A DNA stretch of 63,805 bases, filler included, from Dirinaria sp. TL-2023a (taxonomy: Eukaryota): assembly GCA_051941275.1 (NCBI GenBank). It is 3 parts of 3 records of this genome, joined end to end, with 100 filler letters (N's around TTAATTAATTAA, not from the genome) between each part and the next. Parts side by side here need not be neighbours in the genome. Positions count along the whole stretch, not along the records: positions 21,369 to 42,546 come from JAVEBF010000265.1; positions 42,647 to 63,805 come from JAVEBF010000266.1; 1 more part is not named here. One strand, written 5' to 3'. The notes below the pieces were generated by a model, which did not search any database, was not told the origin of the DNA, and saw nothing but the letters and a program-made list of their open reading frames with translations. Position 1 is the first letter of the stretch. Each line of letters begins with the position of its first letter. Of the stretch, positions 38,569 to 49,785 are shown one piece after another. A program made the translations under genes and the position numbers.

Positions 38569-39545
38569 TAACAGAATTCTGATGTTGCATCTAACCCTTC
38601 GCCAGCATCAATACCAACAGTATCGCCTCTGTGGTCCATTATGGCACCCTTCCCTTACTCCCGGCGGTAGTGTCTTGATTAACCGCTTTCGGGCCCTTTC
38701 TATCCTTTTTCCTTTGGCCACCGCGGTGGTTTTTGCGTTTGCTACCCTTGGTCGTTTTGAGTTCTCCCTCCTTTGACAGATCGGAAGGATTCTCGTTAGG
38801 GCCAAAATTTTCGGCCTCCATGGCACTTGTGAAGTCTTGTTGAGGAAAATCTCTCCAAAAGAAGGGCGAGACGTCGAGAAGGTGAGAACGAGGCAGGCCG
38901 TGGCTGCTCCGCTAAGCGAACTGTCCTTGAGAGCCGCGTGCCACTTCAAATTTAGCCCGCAGACAGGTGGCAAAGTTCGACACCCAAATATCCGAGCTCA
39001 TTCGACGGAGAAAACAATCCTTACGATCCCGTCTGAAGAACGATTTGTACTAAATAAGCTTATCATACAGCGGCGAGTCGTCAATAAGACTGCAGGTGCT
39101 GATCAGCTCGAAGCTAGCGTCATGAGCAAGCGATCATAACGAGGCACTAATCAAGTCGAGATTGTTCAACACCAAATACACAGCATTCACTTGGGCTCGG
39201 CAGAGATGCTGCTACTAACTCATTTAGGGAAATAATGCTCTAGAACGATACTACTAGATGTTCTCTGAGACTAGGGATTTCGCCGTCGATATGGTGAATG
39301 AGCTTGCAAAGGGTTAGGATTTCAGCAGCATAGATTCTGGTTGGGCATCTCTTAGGATTGTTCGGCACTGCTCAATGGTGGGCTTAGGTCAATCTGGATC
39401 TGATATAAAAAAAAGCTAAAAGCCCTTTTTTTTGGTCTGGGGATTTGCTGGGAAACTAAGCAGAGGCTATAGAAATCAATACCGGAGCAGTGATCTGGTG
39501 ACAGTGGCGAACGTCAACCACTATCTATTAGTGGCATAATACTCT

Positions 39546-41950
39546 CTACGGTGCAGCACTCCTCATCACACCACGAAAAATACATCTTCCATCATTCAAC
39601 TTCTTGATCTTGTTTTCAAGGAGATCTCTCTGTCTTCTCGCCGACGGAGGCTCGGAGGCGATTGCTTCTGTCTCCGTGTCAGACAGCCCGTTCACTGTGA
39701 CGGGAGAAAATATTTTCTCCAGGCCGCGCACGATGTGCCGCTCTACCGTCTGGGTGATGATGTTATCGATAAAAGTTTTTTGGGAAAGCTAAGCAGAGTG
39801 GGTGAGTGGTAATCGATCAGGTGAGTGCACAAGCTCACTGACCTTGTAAATCGAATATAGACAGTCCAGAGCTTCTTCACAGCTGTGATTCTTCATGTCC
39901 GGATCTACCTCGTCAGTATATTCTCGCGCCGCTTTTCCAGCATCGACTTGTGCGCTTGTATGATTCGAGTTACATCTTGGAAGCATGACATGTTGGGTCG
40001 CGTTGTCGATGCAACTGACTAATGACTTTTCGCTTCTCTCTCGACGTCTTTTCTTGATCGTATCCGTGTAATAGTGATTGTATGTTATCGGGTAGCTTTT
40101 AATGTCTTTCATAATCTTATCCATTTCTTTGAGCGAGCCGTCTAGTCTCAGCTTCAGAGCATCTTCGATTTTGGGTGACCATAGACGGGCGTATACGTCT
40201 TTGGGACATTTCTCTTTCAGCAAATCATCAAGGAATCTGTGGCAGACGTCCGCAACATCCTCAATGTGAAACTCGGCCATTTTTTGCCACTTGCTTGATT
40301 GCTCCCAGAAGAGCTCGCCAACCAACAGTGGATTGAAATTACCGAGTAGCTCTTTGCCACGGGTGCGAACAAGAACACTTCGGACCCAGCCCATCGCTCT
40401 AGGTTTAGACCAACGAATGGACGCCGCCAGCTCTGCCGTTGAGGTAAGAGGAGCTGCATCTGTCTCAGCTACTTCACCGTCAGTCTCCGCATCCTGTTTG
40501 CCGATGTGATATTTGTAGCCGCGCGTGCGCAAACGATTGAAAAATTGGCCGTTCTTGGACTGAATAACAGCCCTCAGTCTGCGTCTTTCCAAGAAAGATT
40601 CTGCTGCGAAGAAACGATCGATGTTATCAGCAAAGTATTCTCCTTCGTAGTGCCCGTTGACTGCGGCTTTGCAAACCTCATAGAAATCTAGGCTGAGCTG
40701 AGTCAAAAATGCTTTACACTCCTGCGGCGTAGCTCTTGAGATACTCATCGCCGCTAGAAAAAGCTGTGTCTTCGTAAAAGCATCTTCGAGATCTTTTCGT
40801 AGTTTCGAGAGCTTCTGCTTCACGTAATCGAAGAGCAGCTGACTCAGACAATTTCTCAGAGACGTGATTCCCACGTATTCTTTGAACAGAGTGGAAAAAT
40901 TCGATTTTCGAAAATACATCGTCTTCGAGAAGTTGCGTTGTTCAAACGAGTTCGAACCCTTTTTATAACTTCGATTCTTCAATACGTATCAACTCAGTTT
41001 GAAGAATATGTTCTCGTTACGTGCTAAACCGAGAAAGGCTTGTTCGCTGTCGAAGCCGCGAGGCAATCGATCGAGCTTGAGGATGATATCAAACGTGCGA
41101 TCTCCTTTGAGATCAATTTTTCTGATCTTCTTCAGAATGTCTTGATTAGCATAATCATTGATCGTCGAGATCACAGTCAGACAAATCGTACGAGATTGAG
41201 AAATATAATGATCGATGATCTCGATGATCAGCTGAACGTTTTTTTCGATCACTCTCTTGATCTCAGTCTAAATTAGATTCGAAAGATCGATCAGCGTCAG
41301 TTGAGATCTGAAACGTCCTCCGATTTCGATACTCAGAACATTTTTGACGAAGACCCTAGACTTAAAAGCAGATATGTTTTTGAGACTCATAAAAGTCGTT
41401 GTCTTGTTCATCAATAAAGATAGCTCTTCAAAGTCCGAGATAAATTCTTTGAAATCTTCGATAAGAGCTCGTTCTTCGACGAGCCTTTTATTATTCGATA
41501 TCACTTTGACCGTGATAACGTCGTTCGTCGCACGACGTAAAATGATTTCTGTGACGAATCGCGTGCAAAGATTATCATTTTTTGAGAATAAGATTTTCTT
41601 GAAAGCTTCGAGAACGAAGCTCTTATCAACTCATTGATCGCCCCAAACAACGAGCTGAAATAGACAGCGTGCTTTCAAAATCATATTAACGAAACTGATC
41701 GACAATATTGAGTACGTTTCGTTGCTCGACGCTTTGAAGATCTTTAAGAGACGAGTTTATCTTTAACGATTGAGACGAATTATTGATCTCAGATTTCATA
41801 AAGCTGTCAACGTCGAAGAGATTATCTAATTTGTTCGATATCAGTAAAGTACAACTGAGACTAGCGTATACAGAGACGTGAGCATTTACTCAGAGATCTG
41901 ATCGAGAAATCTCAATGTGATGAGTCGAACTCTGAGCACGATGAAGACAT
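39546..41950 (-). pseudogene. Mx-like dynamin GTPase pseudogene (GTPase half heavily mutated, stalk/GED half nearly intact)
   Basis: LFQLVVWGDQ*VDKSFVLE, LCTRFVTEIILRR, LTLIDLSNLI* and ILKLD are damaged G1-G4 motifs with stops. The 3' ORFs RGKELLGNFNPLLVGELFWEQS, YPITYNHYY and the GED remain open. Confidence 0.88.
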
Positions 41951-42029
41951 GTTGAATAACCCGACTGCGTTGATTTGAAACAGTTACAACAATTGACAAT
42001 CCTCGAATGTCTACGAAATACTAAATTTC

Positions 42030-42546
42030 TGTTACGACCCTGGAACACCTAAGTAGTCAGATAGGCACCAAGTCCCTTGACTTGGTTTAGTTAGTCTTTT
42101 GGCGCTGCCGGGACTTTTATCATTGAGAAATCTATCTAATCAAGGTTGAATCTTTGACATTAAACCAAGTCAACACGATCGCAAGATTCTGAGTTCGATT
42201 TTCAGCTCGAACGCTTGAAGAATTTTCGAGTTTCGACGAGAACTTGTGGCTGAGAGCTTATCTAAACTCGAGACGACTACTGTTTTCTGTCAACAACACT
42301 TTAGACTCTCTCTGAAATCTCGCGCGTCATGACTCGCTCTGATTAGTCTTGCTCATCGCGGAACGCGATTTCTCTAAAGAGAGAGGTAGTGTTACGACCC
42401 TGAAACATCTAAGTAGTAAGATAGACATCAAGTCTCTTGACTTGATTTAGTTAGTCTTTTGGCGCTGCCGGGACTTTTACCATTGGGAAACCTATCTAAC
42501 CAAGGTTGGGTCTTTGACATTAAACCAAGTCAACCCGGTCGCAAAG
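42030..42546 (+). mobile_element. Miniature LTR retroelement (TRIM-like) or tandem LTR: LTR1 ~42030-42298, short spacer with PPT, LTR2 42390 into the gap
   Basis: Direct repeat 42030-42184 vs 42390-42544 (15 differences), both starting TGTTAC; LTR1 plausibly ends ...CAACA; purine tract AAAGAGAGAGGTAG directly precedes LTR2. Confidence 0.7.
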
Positions 42547-42646
42547 NNNNNNNNNNNNNNNNNNNNNNNNNNNNNNNNNNNNNNNNNNNNTTAATTAATT
42601 AANNNNNNNNNNNNNNNNNNNNNNNNNNNNNNNNNNNNNNNNNNNN
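42547..42646. other. Assembly gap (N run with TTAATTAATTAA linker)
   Basis: N run containing the artificial linker. Confidence 0.97.
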
Positions 42647-43190
42647 CTCTTAATCGTACTCGTGACGTGTTGAATATCGAGGAGGACTTGCTGCAGTCTA
42701 TAAAACATAGTACTGTAGCTGATGAAGGATGGCGAATCGAAGAGGATGTTCTCGGCAGTAACAGTATCGATGTCGCTGAAGGCGGAGTCGCGTGAATCAA
42801 ATCGTACCCTTTTTTTTCTACCTTCTCTCTTGACTTCGTGTCAACGTAAACGTCAATCACGCAGAACAATCGACGTTGACGACGCGGATTTCGAGTTCAG
42901 ACGCGTGTAGCAGACCAGGCCACAGTTGTCACCAAGAGGACACACTGCTCCCACTATGCCCTCATCGTCAACAGGAGGATACTTGGCTCTATTGACATTG
43001 CAATAGGTTCGTAGCCGACACCACGTACAGGTGATCCTCATCGTCGGCCGCCTCGTTCGTGTTGGTGTTGGAGGTGCAGTTACCTTTTTCGGCAATACCT
43101 CGGGATCGACCCCTAGTGTGATATTATTGTGTATTTAGGCCATACTGGCATCCTTCTTCTTTTAATAATAACAAGCATGCAAGTTGACCA

Positions 43191-44466
43191 TCATACACGA
43201 TGTAGCCAGTTGCTGCCTGCGCCATTGCCGTCAGGCACACACTGACAGTTCGCTTGGTATTGGCGTTTTTCCTTGTCGTAAGAGGCAACGTCGTTGACTA
43301 TGGATATTTGGTGGCCCAAGTACCGAAGAAACCGGCTGAACTTGGGGCTGTTCTGGTCCACACTCGATCGAATCGAGAACTTGGCGCATGCCCACGTGAA
43401 TCTTCGAATAGTCAGCACGGGCATTGGAAACAGCGGAACTGTTACTCTACCCATGAGCGGCATCCTCCCACCGGTAATTCAGATAGTCAAGCACACATGC
43501 GTGCTCGATAATCGGAGGGTGATGGCAAAACTCGATCAGATGTTGCAATACATCGCTACCTCCGTTGCCTCCCTCTTCATCACTTTCCAGAAAACCTTTC
43601 CGGATTTCACGCATCCGCTGCTGTAGCGGGGTCTCCGTTTCAGAGTCCGGCAATGCAGCTGTCAATCTGGCGACAAAGCCCTCTCGAAGCTCTCTAAGCT
43701 GGTCTGGGCGGTTAGTTGATCATCTGGGAAAATAGTTCACAACGGACACGAGGAAACTGACCGTTTCAACAGTCGATCCCTTTTCCCACATCTCTACTCG
43801 CACGGTTAGCCTAGGAGTTCGTCCCGCAAATGTGAAAACATTTGGGACATGTCGGTATGATGGATGCGCAAGCCATTTACCATCAAAGACATATATAAGC
43901 ACGAACGCTTGTGCAATCAGCTGTGTTCTCCTTTCATCTGCTTTCGCGAGCATATACATGCTGAAACGCGCATACGTGTCCGGCACTGGAGTTTTGAGTT
44001 GTTCTACGACCTGGCTGGCCATCGAGTGGCCATTGCCGATGACTGTTTCTGCACAGCACGGATCTCCTGCAAAAAGCTCGAGGAAGCGTGTCGCTGCTCG
44101 GATATTGGCCTTCCAATACCTAGTTTGCCCAAGTTGGGTGAGCCCCGTATGTATCGGGAGACTTATCTACGAAACACTAAGCTTGATGATGATGCTGCTG
44201 CTGCTCGCCGTAGCGCTGCTTGAGTCGGAAATTCGTCGTTTTTCTGTCCACGAGCTGGGTAGAATCACGGCCTGAGGCTTCAACCATTCTATGCCTTGGG
44301 GAAGGCAGTTGTATACGTATCTGATTAGGCATAGTAGGTCCCGGTCGCCATGCTCCACTATTCGAGCAATACAATAATTGTCCTTTGGCGCATTGAATTC
44401 AGTGTACTTTGATGCAATCTCGGCTTTATGGTGAGCCATTGCGAATCCCATCTTGCCCGTGGTCAT
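43191..44466 (-). pseudogene. Class I terpene cyclase (sesquiterpene synthase-like), probably pseudogenised; limits approximate
   Basis: FVLIYVFD|EMWE (Asp-rich motif split by an intron), YLNYRWED and NSE motif IVNDVASYDKE; in-frame TAG at 44167-44169 and a truncated or frameshifted C-terminus. Confidence 0.7.
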
Positions 44467-45006
44467 GCGTAAGAAAGGGAAGAGAGGTGCCGCATGTTTT
44501 TAAGTACAGGCGTGCAGATTCTCGTTCAGTCGGAATCCAGCCCCTCATGGTGAACGTTGACAACCACTCACAGACTGCATATACGTACGGGACTCGGTAC
44601 GAAGGATACACTATGCTTTCTTTATGTACCTAATGACAGCTGCAAAAGGTGCATAGGATCGGCAGGGAGCTCTACGTTAATCTCGACGCCGAGCCGACGG
44701 TGATCACAACTCATCGGCGAGCCGTCAAGTCGGAAGTGGAACGATGTGACTTCAGCAATCATTGCGATGATTAGTGCCTTGACATTTCCTTGCTCGCGGT
44801 CGGGCGCACTTCATCCCAGAAGAACTAGTAGCGCTGTACAATGCTACAAGGCCTTGTTGTCGCGGTTGAAACTAGGGAACAGCCAAACCAAGTCAGAGAG
44901 AGTGTGCGACGCTAGCTGCAGGAACAATAATGACTCCCACCATTTTCAATTCGCACTCCTAGACCAAGGCTGCGACCTCCGTTGACCAGCAATTAGAATC
45001 CCCTCA

Positions 45007-46955
45007 TTACGGCCGTACGCCGACTACTTTGACCCTGATACCTTGGCTTTGCGGGTGAAACTCGCCGACGAAGGCATCCTTATGAAAGTCAACATCGAGT
45101 TCTCTAGTAGTATTGTGGAGCTCGAAGTCGTAACGCCTGATCAGCATTGCTATGGTAAGGTATAGCTCCATGGTCGCGAGTCTTGCATAACCGGTTAGTA
45201 AATATCGATTATGAAGGAGGAATTAACATCACGAGCTTCAAACTCGATAAATATTAAAGACCTACTTCCAGCCCTGACACATGCGCGGCCCCTTACCAAA
45301 AGGTACGAAATATTTATCATCTATTGTAGTTTCCAGCCACCGCTCCGGTAGAAACGTGTGTGGTTCATGAAATATTCTTGCATCGAGCAGGGTGTCATGA
45401 ATCGTCATACTAGTCGGCGTCTGAAGGAATTTATTCGAAACAGTTTTTGATAAATTGAGTTTCAAACCTACGTTTGGGGGGATCCTCCAAGACTTGTAGG
45501 TCAGCTCAGTCTTAGCTAGTAGCGGTAGCCTAGACGTTACAATCGCCGATATTCTCAGAATCTCTTTTACAACGGATGGCTAATATATGATTAGTCTTGA
45601 ATTAGGCGTATGTTGGGTAGAGCGATACCAAGTAGAGTAGCTGCTTCAGGGCATATTCCGATGGTATTTGCGATGCATCCGGCATGACGGTTGTTATCTC
45701 ATGCCGCAGGCGTTCTAAAACGTGGATATTTGATAAAATATGAAACATGCCTATCGCCAAAGCCCGGGCCGGCGTGTCACCCCCGGCTCCAAAAACGACA
45801 AATGCTTCGTGAGCTAGGCGTTTGGCGTTCTTCTCGCAGGGTGGAAGAGAGCTATTGTGGATTGACTGGAAGAGCCGTGCATCGAGATGGTCCGACGGTG
45901 TATCCGCGTTACTGCTTTCTTTCGAGGACAAGAAAAAGCGTTGCGCCTGGCATGTCATGTCCTAGTTTTATCCATCATCAGTTCAATTGGCTTCAATAGG
46001 TAGGCCATGTACGGTATTAAGTGCGCTGCTAAATACAAATTCCGAGCATTGGGGTATCTTACTTGATGTACCTGCAGATATCTGGCGAATTCCGGCAGGA
46101 AAAAATGGACTAGAGAGACCGGTAAATGGTCGAAGAAGCTTGTAATCCAAGGAAATTGTTTCACTAGAGGTGTCACAGCCCCAACTGCGTTGGCAGTTTC
46201 AAGCCACTGTTCTGATTTGTGTTGGTCATCCTGGAAACCTGTGGACTGACCCAGTGCATAGGAAGCAATTACGTCGGTAGTAAAAGCTAAAAATGTTGAG
46301 CGGAGCTCCACGACATCACTTTCTTTGAACGAATCTCTGAAGGTATTTGACAAATTCTCAATGTGGGTTCTCATGACTTGTTCCGCACTGGTCATTGATA
46401 GGGTTGAGAATAAATGGCTATTTGCAGCCCGCCGCTTCCGGTGAAGGTCGTGCTCCACCGTTCCGAAAGCTGTAATTAATCATCAGTCAAAGCAGATTGA
46501 TGACCCATGAATCGTACTTCCTAAGGATGTACCAACTATCTGAGCAGCTGGAGGCCACTTATCTCTTTTTGCTGGGCTAGGAGCGTAAAGTGTCCCGTGC
46601 CAGTCAGGATCATCCACGTGAAGCTCTTCAGGGTTGATTCTTATGATAGGTCCTGTTTATCCATTTGAAGACAATTAGGTAAAAATGCATTCGTTTTGAG
46701 GTGCATGGTGTCTTTTTTGGATATACCATAGATCCTGTGCATCCGCCTGATCTCTGAAGCATATTGACCACCGTGGCCTTTGCATACATCGAAGTAAAAC
46801 TCATACCAATGCGTTGCAGCGGCTAGTTTCGGGCCCGGAAATCTTGCAAGCGGATGCAGGATTAATCGATATATGATCAGAGCGAAGGCATAAAGGAAGA
46901 ACATGGTGCCAACAATCAACCAAGGATGGCCAGGTGGACTGATAGGATGAATCAT
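45007..46955 (-). CDS. Cytochrome P450 (trichodiene oxygenase/CYP58-like group), multi-exon
   Basis: [37 protein letters not shown]-helix FGAGGDT, KEILR (ExxR), FLPERW and [13 protein letters not shown] heme motif. Confidence 0.88.
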
Positions 46956-48008
46956 GTTGAGCAGAGCCAACAAAGGAAAAGATAGCACAAGCGCTGTACA
47001 GAATGGAGTAGATGTATCGAACCTCTACTAGAAGTCAAAGACGACCTTGAAGTCTGCCACCTTAATGTCAAGAGGCCAGCCAGCTGACAGCAGCTTACAA
47101 TTTCTGTATTGATCAGCAGCTGCAAGATCATCTATACACCGTTAGAATGAAATCAATTACCGTTGACGTAAATAAGAGTAGCACTGACCAGGCCAGGCCA
47201 AGTGACTCAAGAAGCATGAGGCTTCCCCTGCTCGGAGTGAATGCCAATGCATAATGTACACTAGCTTTCCAACTCGATTAATGCTGATACTTGAGTCGGG
47301 TATCGTTGGGCTCGGGCTTCTTGGCCCGCTTTTACTTCTTTAGCGGGCCAGGCTAGTGTCATGGCAGCTTGCTTCGAAAGGTAAGGTAAGTAAGGTATTC
47401 ACGCTGTGGTGCTGCAGGCTGCAGATCAGAGCCACACCACTTTCGATGCATCGGATAGAGACATTGGTCAGTACTCTGTAGAAGCAGAACTAGAACATCA
47501 AAGTGTCCGCATTTGGCTACAAACCGCGAGACGCATCTCAGACAAGCGACACGCTGTACTCTAGTAGGTATGCGCACACGAGGAAAGTGTGACTGTTCGC
47601 TACAGGTGCATCAATTAGCTGCAGTGGCCTTCGGACACTTGGGTTTCTTTTTCCGTGGGGGACGGTCACGTGACAGTCTCACCCCACGCTGGTTCAATTT
47701 TCAGTAGATCTCCTCATATCAATACTACTATATGCTCGAACTGTCCTTTGACGTTGAGATGAGCTTCTGCTGTAGCCAACGGAGAAAAAATCACCGATGC
47801 GTAAACAAGCTGACCAAGCGAAGGTACGGAGGTCAAATACTGCTAGCTGTACATCAACAGGTCGGTGATGGCCGATTCATATGTGATTGTAACATTAGCG
47901 AAGGGATAATGATAAGCCCGAGCTGCAGAGCCTAGAGAAGAGGGGCTCGGAGAATAATGTGGCTTGAATAACTTTAAACAAGTAGTGGTTCTCGTCCATC
48001 CTCTAAAG

Positions 48009-49785
48009 CTAACCTTGAGGTTGCGCATCCACCGTGGATGGCTGAAGATCTGCTTCGCAGCTGACCTTTTCGCGATACCAGAGGTGCCTTAGTGGTTCTT
48101 GATGGTCTGCCCTAATAATGATACGGAACAGAAAGCTGCTTGCTCCAATCCAACTGCAATTCATTCCGCGGTTCTTTTGCCTCAAAGACTGATACCGAAT
48201 TGGCGTGCCATTCATGCAAATCTTCCCGAAATCCGAGTAGTCGTTGCGTCCACAGTCGGTCGCAGCGACTTGATGACCTTCAGTGGGGAGTCTGAAGGTG
48301 TCGAGCATGAAGGTCGCTGCCTATAAGATTGAAATCGGGCACATCGACTGGGAATGCTCTCGGAGCAGCCTTGTAAGGATTCGTCAATGCTGCGACCAGC
48401 TAAGCACTGCTTTGGGTGGGCTTAAGTATATTGTCGTCTCATCCCAGTGTTTTCTTAAGGATGTATCACCTCATCCTGTGCGATCAGCAAAATCGTCCAA
48501 CCACCACCTGCTGGTACCGAAAATTGTCGAATGATTGGCAACGCAGCTTTTCATCGCTGCGATCGTCCGAACCGCGCATCGTAGCCGGCGTCGAGGGCAT
48601 TATCTGGTCCGTAGCCGTAGCTGAGGGCCCTTCTGCGGGCCTGACTATCCCCCAAAGCTTCGGCATACGCAGCCATTGCCAGCGTCAATTCACCTTCGTC
48701 GTGAGATCTCCGAGAGATCTCGGTGCGACGAGCGAAGAAGCCTTCGGTGGAAACTTTCATCGCGCCGCACAGGTGCTTTCGGTCCTCGACAGGATTGCAC
48801 ACCAAGCTGGTGGCGCGCCTCTGGAGCAAGGCATGAAGCCCTACTCTAAGCGGGGATTGCGGCGTCAGCCGGGCGATATATGCCATTATGGCGTTAGCGA
48901 TGGCATCGCAGGCGTTCGGGGTCTCCCCAACAAAGGCCAGAAAGTCGATGTTGCAGGTGGAGATGAACTGGCGCACGGTAGGGAGACGCAGCGCATTGCG
49001 GCCGGTAAGGTCGAGCTCGGTCCACAGTCGCCCGGCAACAGGGGCCTGCTGCCTAAGCAGCCAGTCTGTCTTGGTCGGCCCATCCAGGCTATTATCTTCC
49101 ATACCTTCTATCTCCCTCAGGCTGTTCCCAGGTGCGCTGCTCGGCTGCTCCAATGGTCTTCCCAGCTGTTCATCTGGGACCAGCCCCGTCCCAAGTTCTC
49201 CTGAGGTGCCATCCAATGCAGGATCTGAAGACCGCACAAGTTAGAAACCTGTGATCCATTCAAGCAAAGTGAAAGGGGTGAACACTCACCAGTGATATTC
49301 AGTCGGCCAGGGGCACTTCTCCGAAGCACCTCCTTTATGTCATCGCCCTGTGCGGTCCACCACCACCACCACATCCCCAACTTCTTCACCTCCTGCTTCG
49401 CCGCATTCTCAGTAGACGTCAATACCTCCACTTGCTGCATGTAGTCCTCCACATCATGCTGATCCGGCCCTTCCGCTCGCTTGGCGCCCAAAAGCGCATT
49501 CTGTCCCTCCCAAGTAAATGCTTCCGTTGCTGGCCAGCAGCTCGGATGTGTATATACAGGTATTTCTTCTGCCCTGCTCAGATTATATGGTATAGTCGCG
49601 TGGGATCGAAAGTGGGTCTTGGCCCAGCCTCTGCTCCGGAACCTTCGCTCACACAGAACACACTCGTACTTCGGCGCTTTCGGGGCCTTCTCGATTTTGT
49701 ACGGCAGCGATCTTAAGGTTCCGGTGTAAGTTGACCGTGTCTTGCGGTATTCCGAGCGCTTTCCAGACCGAGTAGCTGGTCCCAT
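48009..49785 (-). CDS. Hypothetical multi-exon protein with an N-terminal C2H2 zinc finger; 3' end uncertain
   Basis: YECVLCERRFRSRGWAKTHFRSH; a GTGAGT donor near 49289 leads into the 48551-49237 ORF. Confidence 0.45.

Noticed and set aside
48416..49244. Long overlapping plus-strand ORFs (262 aa and 118 aa)
   Set aside because: GC-rich antisense shadows of the minus-strand exon, with no recognisable motifs.
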